A program made the position numbers and the translations under genes. From a virus (taxonomy: Duplodnaviria; Caudoviricetes), in the IMG/VR virus record IMGVR_UViG_3300048778_000586, positions 1 through 51,556 of that record: a stretch of DNA of 51,556 nucleotides; one strand, 5' to 3'. This document shows, one piece after another, positions 36,733 to 46,298 of this stretch. The notes under the pieces were generated by a model that worked only from the letters and a program-made list of their open reading frames with translations, was not told the DNA's origin and ran no database searches. Positions within the stretch are counted from its first letter, which is position 1; every line of letters starts with the position of its first letter.

Positions 36733-38988
36733 ATGAGTCATTTTAACGCAGAAGGCGTAGAGAAGCGCAGATTAAAGAAACGCAGCCTAAAGGCTGCGAC
36801 TACAATTTCGGTTACTTTGTGCCTTTGTGTCTTGGTGGTTAATTCCGCTTTTGCCCAAAGCGGGCGCCAGATGTTGCACGGTCATGTGCCAAAGGCCATC
36901 GCGCGATTGCATCTGCAATCCGTCGGGCTGCTCACCAATACCGCGCGCCTGAACCTCGCCATCAGCCTGCCGTTGCGCAACCCGGCCGCCCTTGATGATT
37001 TGCTCCGCCAAATCCAAGACCCGACGAGCACGAATTATCATCGGTACCTGACCCCGGGGCAGTTCGCAGCGCAGTTCGGACCGTCGGAACAGGATTATCA
37101 GGCGGTCATCGCCTGGGCGCGCACAAATGGGTTTGCGGTGAACGCAAGGCACGGCAGCCGGCTTGTCGTGGACGTGAATGGCGCGGTACCGGACATCAAC
37201 AGAACGTTTGGAGTGACACTGCGGACGTATCAGCATCCGATCGAGCACAGGACGTTTTATGCGCCGGATACCGATCCGTCCGCGAACCTGCCGGTTTCCA
37301 TTTTGCACATCGGCGGGTTGGATAATTACTCAAGAATGCGGGCGAATTTAACAATTCAGCCGATTACGAATGGAATTACAACACCTCTCCCCAGCCCTCT
37401 CCCCGCGGGGCGCGGAGAGGGAGAAGACGGACGGCTTTCGGCTGGGACAGTAATGCGCAACCTCAAGGTTGCGGCTACAACGAATAATGCGATTCCGAAT
37501 GCAGGGTCGGGACCGGGCGGGACGTATCGCGGCACGGATTTCCGCGCGGCATACGCCCCGAATGTCACACTGACCGGGTTAGGCCAGAAGATTGGGCTGC
37601 TCGAGTATGACGGTTATTACGTTAATGACATCACAAATTACGAAGGTCAGGCCGGGTTGCCGGCCGTTACGTTGATCAACGTGGCCGTGAACGGCGGCGT
37701 GAGCAGTCCGGGCGTCAACAATATGGAGGTTGCACTGGACATCGAGATGGCGATTTCCATGGCGCCGGGCGCGTCACAAATCATCGTCTATGAAGCGCCC
37801 AATGGCAGCACGTCCTGGGAAACCATCCTCTCCCAAATGGCCGATGATGATCTAGCTGCACAATTGAGCTGTTCGTGGTTCGATATGTCCCTGGGCGCAC
37901 CAGACCTGTCGTCCGAGGCGATTTTCAAACAGATGGCCGCGCAGGGACAATCGTTCTTTTGTTCGTCCGGCGACAGCGATGCGTTTATCAATGGGATCCC
38001 GTTTCCCGAGGAAAGCACCAATGTCACTCAAGTCGGCGGCACGGCCTTGACGACCACCGGTGCCGGCGGAACGTATGTTTCGGAAACGGTCTGGAACGCC
38101 GGTGGCGGCGAGGGCAGCAGCGGCGGCACGAGCACTAATTTTTCCATCCCTATCTGGCAACGGACGATTTCCATGACCACCAATCATGGCTCGACTACGA
38201 TGCGGAACACGCCTGACGTGGCACTGACCGCGAGTAACATTTATGTCGTCTATAACAACGGCAGCAGCGGCAACGCCTCCGGGACGAGCGCGAGTGCGCC
38301 GTTGTGGGCGGGGTTCATGGCGTTGGTGAATGAACAGGCGGCCATTGGCGGGCATCCGGCCATTGGATTTGCCAACCCGGCCATCTACGCGATCTGCACC
38401 AACGGGAATTATAGCGCCGATTTCCATGACATCATCACCGGCAGCAATACCTGGAGTGCCAGCCTGACGAATTATCAGGCCGTGCCGGGTTACGATCTCT
38501 GCACGGGCTGGGGCACGCCCGCCGGCCAAAGCTTGATTGATGACCTGGCGGGGCCTCTGCTTGAATCGGTCAGCAGCGTCACCAACCCTAATTCGGCCAC
38601 TATCATCATTATTGTGCCGCCCACAGGCACCAATGGCGAGTGGATTGCCGTTCAGGGCAGCACTTATACATGGACGACCTCGCCGACCGGCGCGGGCCAG
38701 ATTCAAAGCACGAACAGCGCGGCACAGAGCGCCACGAACTTGTTTACCGCGCTGACCAATGATTTTCCGAGCAGTCTGCGGTTCAAGTTCAATGGCAGCA
38801 CGAATTTCACGATTTCAACTTATTTACGGGGCGTGTTGAGCGTCAGTAATTCTCCGGGCTGGATGCGCGTGGCCATCAATACAAATGTCGTGGCGGGCGG
38901 CAATCTGACTGTATCGAATTTTATGGCGCAGACGATCACGTTGCTGGATAATACCAACGGGCCGAATACGCGCACCAACTGGTGGTGA
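36733..38988 (+). CDS. sedolisin/kumamolisin (S53) peptidase with pro-domain and a C-terminal phage-shared domain
   Basis: Pro-kumamolisin region (DPTSTNYHRYLTPGQFAAQFGP), EVALDIE, SSGDS, GTSASAP, GYDLCTGWGTP. Confidence 0.9.
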   Translation: MSHFNAEGVEKRRLKKRSLKAATTISVTLCLCVLVVNSAFAQSGRQMLHGHVPKAIARLHLQSVGLLTNTARLNLAISLPLRNPAALDDLLRQIQDPTSTNYHRYLTPGQFAAQFGPSEQDYQAVIAWARTNGFAVNARHGSRLVVDVNGAVPDINRTFGVTLRTYQHPIEHRTFYAPDTDPSANLPVSILHIGGLDNYSRMRANLTIQPITNGITTPLPSPLPAGRGEGEDGRLSAGTVMRNLKVAATTNNAIPNAGSGPGGTYRGTDFRAAYAPNVTLTGLGQKIGLLEYDGYYVNDITNYEGQAGLPAVTLINVAVNGGVSSPGVNNMEVALDIEMAISMAPGASQIIVYEAPNGSTSWETILSQMADDDLAAQLSCSWFDMSLGAPDLSSEAIFKQMAAQGQSFFCSSGDSDAFINGIPFPEESTNVTQVGGTALTTTGAGGTYVSETVWNAGGGEGSSGGTSTNFSIPIWQRTISMTTNHGSTTMRNTPDVALTASNIYVVYNNGSSGNASGTSASAPLWAGFMALVNEQAAIGGHPAIGFANPAIYAICTNGNYSADFHDIITGSNTWSASLTNYQAVPGYDLCTGWGTPAGQSLIDDLAGPLLESVSSVTNPNSATIIIIVPPTGTNGEWIAVQGSTYTWTTSPTGAGQIQSTNSAAQSATNLFTALTNDFPSSLRFKFNGSTNFTISTYLRGVLSVSNSPGWMRVAINTNVVAGGNLTVSNFMAQTITLLDNTNGPNTRTNWW

Positions 38989-39060
38989 AAAAAATAGTTG
39001 AAGGTTGAAAGTTGAAGGTTGAAGGGAAAAACAACCACAAAGAAACTCAAGTCGAATTTT

Positions 39061-41013
39061 ATGAGATGGATTTTCAAATTACTTTTGATGGCGGTTGTGC
39101 TCTCAACTCTCAACTCTCAACTCTCAACTACTTGCCATGCCCAATTGTCTTATGTGGACACGACCACGCCGTCCGCCAATAACCCGACGAATTGGGGAAC
39201 CATCACCATCCCCGGCGTGGCGACCAATGCACCGTTTTCGACGGTCAATACGAGTGTCTTCGTCATCGGCACTCCGACTCCCACGGCGTTCAACATGATC
39301 AATGGGAATTTTTTGTGGATTTACGATTATCTGATGACAAATAGTTTTTTCAACGGGGGGTATGGGACATCCACAAATCTTGCCGGTGGCGCGCTCGATC
39401 AGGTCACGAACATCGCTGAAAATGTCAGCGGGAATGGCACAGACACCAACGCCGTCAGAATCATGTCCGGGAGCGCATTCAACCTGACTGCCACCAATCC
39501 GGTCACGCTCTACAACCCGACGCCGTATTACACCAGCACGAGCTTTAACCCTACGAATTTTCCGCCAGACACCAACGGCATTGTCTGGTGCGATGGAACG
39601 CTCATCACCAACGCCATCACCGGCACGAACATGGCTGGGCCGTATTATTTCGACTCCACATTGTGCGCGGGCGCGATGACGAATGGCAGTGATTACATGA
39701 TTGTGAGCTTGTTTCCGCCAGCGAACACAAATTCAGCCGGGCCGTTCAATGCGAACACGAATTATCCGATTTCTGTGTTGACGAACGCCAGCGGTTTCAC
39801 GGTTTTATCGGGTTACACGGGGACGAATTATCTGGATGGGTATTACCCGGACGCCGCTTTGGGGCCGGGTGTTTATACCAATGACAACTGGTTTGTGGTG
39901 TTCACGACCGGCATTTGCCCGAACCAGAACGGGCCATATTACATCGCCCCGGCGTATGGCGCGGGTGCGATGACGAACAGTTGCGGGGAGATTACTTATG
40001 TCTATTCGAGCACCCCATCCAGTAATCAGATTTACGGGGTCACTTCCATTGACGTGACGAATGCCCCGGCGCAGCACTATACAAATCTGGACGCGGCGAA
40101 TCTGATTTTTGCGGAAAATTATACGCATCCCGGCATCACAACTAATCTTCTTGTATTCGGGTCTTCTCAAGATGGAATTTATTTCGTTTCTCCTCCTTAT
40201 GATTGGTTTAACCAAGCAGGACAAAACATCAACGTAGCAAGTGGTTCTCCTACTTATTGGGATTTGTCGGTGGCTGGTGGTTACTTCTACGCTCCCAACC
40301 CACCAATCCCTCCGTCATCTTATACAATTTACCCTGGCGGAACCGCTCTGTTTAGAACAAATAATCCGACGTGCTGGTCTCTCTACCAATCAAACGCATG
40401 GCGGTTTTACATGGCCACGAATGTTGCGCTCGCGCCATTCCCGTTCGAGACGATTACCACGACCGGCCTCGTCAGCCAGATGTTTTATGTCACGAATGTG
40501 TCGGTGTTCCCGAACTCGAACACGGTCTATACCGCCAGTGACGGCAGTTCGGTGGTTTTCAATGAAGCTCCGGTTGGTTTTACAACCATTCTTGGCGTGA
40601 CTTGGAATCAGATTCCTGCGCCAACAAACATAATATACGTCGTTACACCTCCCATGTCGGCACCACCAACCCCACCAACGACGCCGACGCCATCGCCAAT
40701 AGGAGGGGGGAATCATTATGTCATGGCCCAAGTAAGCGGTGTTTGGAAGTATCTCCCTGAAGGTAATGAATATATTACCCAAGTTGGGAATATGAATTTG
40801 GACCAGGGCAGATTATCCATTCCTCCAAAATATCCCCTGTCATATTTGCTCATTGATAGTGGAGGAAATGCCTCTTTAATCATTAAAGGTAGAACCTCAG
40901 CTTACCTTTCGTGGTTAGATTGGAATCCACAGATTCCATCAGATGCGTTTTACCCTTATGTGAACTCTGCACCATCAATCAATACCGGAGTACGTGGTCT
41001 TTATTCTAATTAA
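39061..41013 (+). CDS. secreted T/N-rich tail-fibre-like protein
   Basis: Signal ...VVLSTLNSQLSTTCHAQ; internal repeat GPYY......GAMTN; Pro/Thr linker. Confidence 0.65.
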   Translation: MRWIFKLLLMAVVLSTLNSQLSTTCHAQLSYVDTTTPSANNPTNWGTITIPGVATNAPFSTVNTSVFVIGTPTPTAFNMINGNFLWIYDYLMTNSFFNGGYGTSTNLAGGALDQVTNIAENVSGNGTDTNAVRIMSGSAFNLTATNPVTLYNPTPYYTSTSFNPTNFPPDTNGIVWCDGTLITNAITGTNMAGPYYFDSTLCAGAMTNGSDYMIVSLFPPANTNSAGPFNANTNYPISVLTNASGFTVLSGYTGTNYLDGYYPDAALGPGVYTNDNWFVVFTTGICPNQNGPYYIAPAYGAGAMTNSCGEITYVYSSTPSSNQIYGVTSIDVTNAPAQHYTNLDAANLIFAENYTHPGITTNLLVFGSSQDGIYFVSPPYDWFNQAGQNINVASGSPTYWDLSVAGGYFYAPNPPIPPSSYTIYPGGTALFRTNNPTCWSLYQSNAWRFYMATNVALAPFPFETITTTGLVSQMFYVTNVSVFPNSNTVYTASDGSSVVFNEAPVGFTTILGVTWNQIPAPTNIIYVVTPPMSAPPTPPTTPTPSPIGGGNHYVMAQVSGVWKYLPEGNEYITQVGNMNLDQGRLSIPPKYPLSYLLIDSGGNASLIIKGRTSAYLSWLDWNPQIPSDAFYPYVNSAPSINTGVRGLYSN

Positions 41014-41017
41014 CGAC

Positions 41018-41668
41018 ATGAAAATGCGACACGGATTTACACAGACGCAGCGCAACCTGAAGGTTGCGGCTACGGTTGCGGCTACGGTTTTTGGCTTGGG
41101 ACTCTCATCTCTCGTCTTCCAACCTCTAACCGCTTTTTGCCAAGGCACCACGGTGGCAACCAATTATCCTGTGACCGTTCTGACTGCGGGCAGCGATTCG
41201 CAATTGAACGCCAATGGGCAGGAGTTCGACCCGGCGGGCGCGGCGTTCTACGTCTGGTCAAACCTCGGCAACGGCGGCGTGGCAACCATGCTGAATCCGG
41301 CCAATACATTTTATGGTGGGTTTAATGGCAATTTCACCGGTAGCTTTGCCAGCAACGCCGCGCCTTATACCGTCACGGCCAACCAAATCACGTTGAACGT
41401 TCCGTTCACGAACTCCTACGGCTCGCGCTTAGCTGTTTGGGTGGATTGTTATCTAACAAATGGCGTGACCGGCGACGCAAGCGTGGAGATGACGAACCTA
41501 ACCACGGTGTATCCGGCGCATTTCGCCGACCTGCCAAACGGTCTGGCCTCTGCCAATGGCATCGTGACGCTGTTTGATATGATTTCGACAAACGACGTTC
41601 TGATCGTCACCAACATCAGCACTAGCGGCGGGACTGTGAGAATAACAAGCTCGGTGAAACAGGAATGA
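41018..41668 (+). CDS. secreted T/N-rich protein
   Basis: Repeat-derived N-terminus, then VFGLGLSSLVFQPLTAFCQ. Confidence 0.6.
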   Translation: MKMRHGFTQTQRNLKVAATVAATVFGLGLSSLVFQPLTAFCQGTTVATNYPVTVLTAGSDSQLNANGQEFDPAGAAFYVWSNLGNGGVATMLNPANTFYGGFNGNFTGSFASNAAPYTVTANQITLNVPFTNSYGSRLAVWVDCYLTNGVTGDASVEMTNLTTVYPAHFADLPNGLASANGIVTLFDMISTNDVLIVTNISTSGGTVRITSSVKQE

Positions 41669-41774
41669 ATAAATGGTTGAGGGTTGAAAGTTGAGGGTTG
41701 AGGATTTACGGAGAATTTGACTTGGGTAGATTTTTGATTGCGGAGCGATAGGGACATCGCTCCCTACCTGATTT

Positions 41775-42497
41775 ATGTTGTATTTGGTCATTGATCGCCA
41801 GACTGGCGCGCTCGTTTCGTTTAACGGCAGCGCCACGAAGTTGCCCACCCTTTTTCAAACCAATTCCGTTGAGCTTCAGCTCCAGTTCGTGGATGTGGAT
41901 CCGTCCTCAGGCACAAACAGCATCACGGTGGCCGATGTCCATGCCCAGGCACCCGCCGTAACCATCGCGTCGCAATTGACCGGCGTGGAGGCCAATGAAG
42001 CCACCTACACTCTCGCCCAGGCCGTTGAAGGTGATTTTACATGGGACGCCGAGAATCTGTGGTTCACCGGCACACTCGAGCTGAACACGACCGCCATGGC
42101 CGCGTGGATAGGCGCCAATTCGTCCGCGACGGGCACGCTCGAGATTGATCTGATGACCGGCGGCTCGGACCCGGTAACGCTGTTCCAAGGCGCTGTGACC
42201 GTGAATGCCAATGCGTTCTTCGCCGGCACGCAGTTGAATGTGCTCGGCACCGGCGGCACGCTGCCGCTCGTGAACGGCGCCGGCGTGGCCATAGCCGGAA
42301 ATACGGTGACTGTGACGGGTCTGAATTGGGCGACGGCGCCAAGCCAGGTGATTGTGCTCGTCAATGTGCCGGCGGGCGCGGGGCTGATCCAGGGGAATTA
42401 TGTCATCGGCAGCGCGACGGCGGCCGGATTCCAGTTCGCGTTGAGCGGGTTGCCGGATAACGCGGGTTATACGTTCACTTACATTCCCATACTTTAA
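41775..42497 (+). CDS. tail adaptor (BppU-like) protein, paralogue of 34752..35363
   Basis: Shared N-terminal domain as described for 34752..35363. Confidence 0.55.
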   Translation: MLYLVIDRQTGALVSFNGSATKLPTLFQTNSVELQLQFVDVDPSSGTNSITVADVHAQAPAVTIASQLTGVEANEATYTLAQAVEGDFTWDAENLWFTGTLELNTTAMAAWIGANSSATGTLEIDLMTGGSDPVTLFQGAVTVNANAFFAGTQLNVLGTGGTLPLVNGAGVAIAGNTVTVTGLNWATAPSQVIVLVNVPAGAGLIQGNYVIGSATAAGFQFALSGLPDNAGYTFTYIPIL

Positions 42498-42584
42498 CCA
42501 CAGATGAACACGGATGAACCAATTCACCGCAGAGGCGCAGAGGCGCAGAGATTTTTCTTATTATGAAATCAGGAAAATAGGAAT

Positions 42585-44900
42585 ATGAAAAATAAAAAAC
42601 AGTTTATCCGCATCCGCCGTCGCCAAGGCTATGGCGGACAAGGATTACGCCGATTAACGCAGATTTGTGCGATAGGATTGGGACTCTCAACTCTCATCTC
42701 TCAATTCTCAACTACTTGTCAGGCTCAACAGAACATTTATCACGGGAAATTGCAGGGCGATCTGAATGGAGGCGGCAATAGCATCACGAATGCGGGAACT
42801 GTGAGCGCCACCAATCTTGTTGGTAATTTGAGCGGCACGAACCTCATCCCCGGCACGGTCAGCAGCAATGCGTTTGATGCGCCAACCAAGGCGATGCTGG
42901 GCGGTGGCGGTGGCAATCCAGCGGCGGCTGTCACCAACCAGTTCAATGAGTTCACCGGGCCGAGTAATAAATTTGACGGGCCGATCTACGGTTCGCTCAT
43001 CGGGAATTCGTCCAGCGCAACCCACCTTGCCAGCGGCGACACGGTAACAAACTTGACCGTCACCAACTTGACCGCGACTGGCGCGAACTTGACGGGTAAC
43101 ATCAATCCGACTAACAAGGTTTCAGCAGCAACCAACGCTGACAACGCGACCACGGCGGGGATGGCAACCACGGCATCAAACTTGATTGGAGGAGGCTCGG
43201 TCATTCAACCGTTGAACTTCACGAATTTTACCACAACGACGAATTGGGATATGCAGGGCTGGCTAAATTCTCTGCCGACAGTCGCGAATGACGCATCTGG
43301 TGTTGGTGGCGGCACAATAAAGTTACCGGCGGGAATTTTCTTAATCAGCACAAATTCACTCTTTGTAAGCGCACCGTTTCATCTTGAAGTGGATGGAGCG
43401 GGTAGAGGGTTGACGTGGCTTGTCGTAACTAACATGAACGGAACTACGCCGGGCATGAGTTACGGCAGCACAAGCGGAAATTTCATGTCGGCCACATTTA
43501 AGGACTTTAACGTCGTCAGCATGAATGACGTGACGAACAGTATTTTATTTCTTTACCAATTATCGGACGGCCAACTGGATAACGTGTTCTTTAGTTATTG
43601 GCAATACGCCACGAACGCGCATGGTGAGTTTGGAGGTGGTTACGGAATGAACGCAACCAACCTTGTCGGATTCAACATCCGGTCAATAGCCGGACAGATA
43701 GGAGCAAACTTGCACAATGTTGCAGTCGGTGGATTGCTCGATGGCGGCGAGTTCGCGGCTGACCATGTGCGGATTGACGGCTATTTCGGGATTGAAGATT
43801 GCGGCATGAACAGCACGTTTTCTGGCGGCACTTCTTCTGGATGGGGGACAAACATTGAAAGTTTGGGGGGCGGTTTGCTTTTTAATAACAGTGACCCCCT
43901 TAACATACCGATTGGCGACATCTTGATACACGGGATGCACTCCTACCATTGTGCGCTACCCATAATCAGGAATTGCCCGGATAATCCCGGCACGTTCGGA
44001 CAATTCACTGTCGAGGCCGGAGATTTTGGTGAAGGCGGCGGAGCGAGAAGTGCAACGGTCTATACCAACTCATTCGCAATGGTGTTTAATTTCAACAACC
44101 AATGTCAATCTAGTGTATTCAATGGCTTTCCAGAACGTGACCAGACTTTAATTTTTACTGGCAGCGCATGGAATCTATTAACGAATCCACCGCCCAATGT
44201 GGTAGAGGAAAGAATGGGAACAAACAACGCAATCATATTCAGCATAGCGGACGTGGACACGTTGATTGTGTCCAACAAAGCCGTGATTGCCCTTGCACCT
44301 GTGATTGCGCCGAGTTTTGCAGTGGGGGGAACGAATCTGACATTGATTCTCACTAATTACCAATCCCTGTCAATCGCCGCGCCGAACACGAACCTCTATT
44401 ACTTCACCACCACAGGCGGCACGCAATTGTTTGGAACTACCAACGGAAATCTGGGTGGTTTTGCTTATGATAGTCTCATTAACCAATACACGAATGGCTA
44501 CATCTATATCTATCTGGATACGGGTCTGGGTTACATTGTGGCGACAAACTCGTTTTATCCAGTTAATACTTCGCCTTTGGCTAATTGTAGTGTCACAGGC
44601 GCGTCTAATAAGACGAACTGGCTTTCAACAGCTTGGAGAAACTCTTCCTCCATAACTGTGTTGGGTGTATCACCAACTTGGGGCACTAACACAGTTCCCA
44701 AAATCTTTTCAACCAATAATCTACCGGGTGGTTTGGCTCAGGTTTCCATCGGTAACAGCGGTAGTCAGACAAACATCTTTCACACAAACACCGCTCCTAC
44801 TACCGTAACGATTGGTGTAACCGCGCCAGATTTATGGGAAAATGCCTATGACATAAACGGCAACCCGGTTGGTTGGATGCCAGTCTGGACGAATCATTGA
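42585..44900 (+). CDS. tailspike-like beta-helix protein with a signal peptide
   Basis: GGGTIKLPAGIFLIS...VDGAGRGLTWL (pectate-lyase-3-like start); GLGLSTLISQFSTTCQAQ signal. Confidence 0.7.
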   Translation: MKNKKQFIRIRRRQGYGGQGLRRLTQICAIGLGLSTLISQFSTTCQAQQNIYHGKLQGDLNGGGNSITNAGTVSATNLVGNLSGTNLIPGTVSSNAFDAPTKAMLGGGGGNPAAAVTNQFNEFTGPSNKFDGPIYGSLIGNSSSATHLASGDTVTNLTVTNLTATGANLTGNINPTNKVSAATNADNATTAGMATTASNLIGGGSVIQPLNFTNFTTTTNWDMQGWLNSLPTVANDASGVGGGTIKLPAGIFLISTNSLFVSAPFHLEVDGAGRGLTWLVVTNMNGTTPGMSYGSTSGNFMSATFKDFNVVSMNDVTNSILFLYQLSDGQLDNVFFSYWQYATNAHGEFGGGYGMNATNLVGFNIRSIAGQIGANLHNVAVGGLLDGGEFAADHVRIDGYFGIEDCGMNSTFSGGTSSGWGTNIESLGGGLLFNNSDPLNIPIGDILIHGMHSYHCALPIIRNCPDNPGTFGQFTVEAGDFGEGGGARSATVYTNSFAMVFNFNNQCQSSVFNGFPERDQTLIFTGSAWNLLTNPPPNVVEERMGTNNAIIFSIADVDTLIVSNKAVIALAPVIAPSFAVGGTNLTLILTNYQSLSIAAPNTNLYYFTTTGGTQLFGTTNGNLGGFAYDSLINQYTNGYIYIYLDTGLGYIVATNSFYPVNTSPLANCSVTGASNKTNWLSTAWRNSSSITVLGVSPTWGTNTVPKIFSTNNLPGGLAQVSIGNSGSQTNIFHTNTAPTTVTIGVTAPDLWENAYDINGNPVGWMPVWTNH

Positions 44901-44943
44901 CCAATGACCACCACACAAAACCATAACGAAAAGGGGTAGTCCT

Positions 44944-45117
44944 ATGAAACAACAGAAATACATTCACCAATACGGAGCAGAGAAATTCTCAACAGAAGTT
45001 AACCGTTTGATGGCAGAGGGTTGGTCAATGGTCGCGGGCACAGAGAACCACGACTATCATTTATACGACCATTGCGGCCTATTCTCGTGCGTATTGGAGA
45101 AAACATTAGGGGGTTAA
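44944..45117 (+). CDS. small DUF1737-like protein (57 aa, absent from the ORF track)
   Basis: EKFSTEVNRLMAEGWSMVAG. Confidence 0.45.
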   Translation: MKQQKYIHQYGAEKFSTEVNRLMAEGWSMVAGTENHDYHLYDHCGLFSCVLEKTLGG

Positions 45118-45134
45118 GAGGGAGATAAATTGAA

Positions 45135-45350
45135 ATGAACGAACTTAATAAATGCCGTTGCGGACAAACTCCTGTGGTGAACGAAAAACAGACTCCACTT
45201 GGCCTCGGTCAGCGTTTAACGCTATGGGAAATTGAGTGCAATGTCTGTGGCGTGAAGGTATGCGCCAGAGAGCGAGAGAAAGCAGTTGAGCTTTGGAACA
45301 TGGCTAACCATAACGAAAGGGTAAGGGCGGTGGGAATAGTTGAAGGTTGA
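45135..45350 (+). CDS. Lar-like zinc-ribbon protein
   Basis: ELNKCRCG...IECNVCG...AVELWN. Confidence 0.6.
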   Translation: MNELNKCRCGQTPVVNEKQTPLGLGQRLTLWEIECNVCGVKVCAREREKAVELWNMANHNERVRAVGIVEG

Positions 45351-45380
45351 AGGTTGAAGGTTGGGAAAAAGAAAAGCGAT

Positions 45381-45731
45381 ATGAGCGAAACTACTTTGCT
45401 TTACATTTTCAGCGCGATTGCAATTTGCATTGCCGCCGCTACTGGCCTTGCAATCAATATTGCACAACGCCTTACACGAATTGAGACTTGGATGGAAATT
45501 ATTGGAATGAAGACGGCGAAGATTCTGCATAGTGATGGGGATGTTCTTGGGATAGACGCTTATCTTGATAAATACTTGAAGCAGAGTCAGAAATTATCTT
45601 ACAAAGATTGGACTTCGCTCAAGATAGCCTGCGAGAAGGTGGAATCTAATCCAAAAGTTCACGAGGGTAAAAGGCTGATGGCAGGATTTGTTGCCGCAGT
45701 AGCAATCCACAACATGCAAAAGTTATTATGA
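45381..45731 (+). CDS. single-TM membrane protein (lysis-module position)
   Basis: N-terminal TM followed by QRLTRIETWME. Confidence 0.55.
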   Translation: MSETTLLYIFSAIAICIAAATGLAINIAQRLTRIETWMEIIGMKTAKILHSDGDVLGIDAYLDKYLKQSQKLSYKDWTSLKIACEKVESNPKVHEGKRLMAGFVAAVAIHNMQKLL

Positions 45732-46123
45732 CCAACGCAATTCCAGTCTTGGTTACGACGGACACGGTTGACGGCCTGACAAATTGGCTACTGTCTCTCG
45801 GCGCAGTGCCGACCACAATGTTTGCCGTTATCATCTTCGGTTACGTTCTACGCGCCATGCCAATCTTCCCGATGAAGTGGATGTTCTTCGCGTGTGCCAT
45901 CGCTGGCGCGGCAATCTTCCCATTTGTGGCTCACTATCACATCAGCGCGGAATCATGGGCTTACATTGGCAAGACGATATTCGCCGGGGCAGCAATTGGG
46001 ATGGGTGCATGGGCATCGCACGATCAGTTCTTGAACAAATTCGAGGACAAGATTCCGATTCTGAAAAATATCGTGGTGGGGATTGATGCAATTCGCAGTT
46101 CAACACCAACGAAACAAAACTGA
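45728..46123 (+). CDS. putative holin (about 3 TM)
   Basis: Three hydrophobic helices and a charged C-tail; follows the tail module. Confidence 0.55.
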   Translation: MTNAIPVLVTTDTVDGLTNWLLSLGAVPTTMFAVIIFGYVLRAMPIFPMKWMFFACAIAGAAIFPFVAHYHISAESWAYIGKTIFAGAAIGMGAWASHDQFLNKFEDKIPILKNIVVGIDAIRSSTPTKQN

Positions 46124-46298
46124 ATAAATAGTTGAAAGTTGAAGGTTGAGGATTGTCCACAGATTGCGCAGATTAACGCAGATTTTTTAACATGAGCAGG
46201 TCGCTCCGGCGGGATAAAAGGATTTAGAGTCGAGGGTTGAGAGAAGCGATTGACACGAATCGGTTTATGAAGCTAAACAACAATCAAAAATCATAATT

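Larger units (their letters stand above)
7164..41733 (+). promoter_or_regulatory. recurrent TGACT-N8-TTT motif upstream of structural genes (candidate late promoter)
   Basis: Exact matches start at 7164, 11827, 12779, 23485, 24406, 25783, 26946, 34689, 41718; variants at 15563 and 46251. Confidence 0.6.

Noticed and set aside
36616-38970. Duplicated 3' gene segments as DGR template and variable repeats
   Set aside because: The 35-bp match is exact, flanking differences are not adenine-specific, and the window has no reverse transcriptase.
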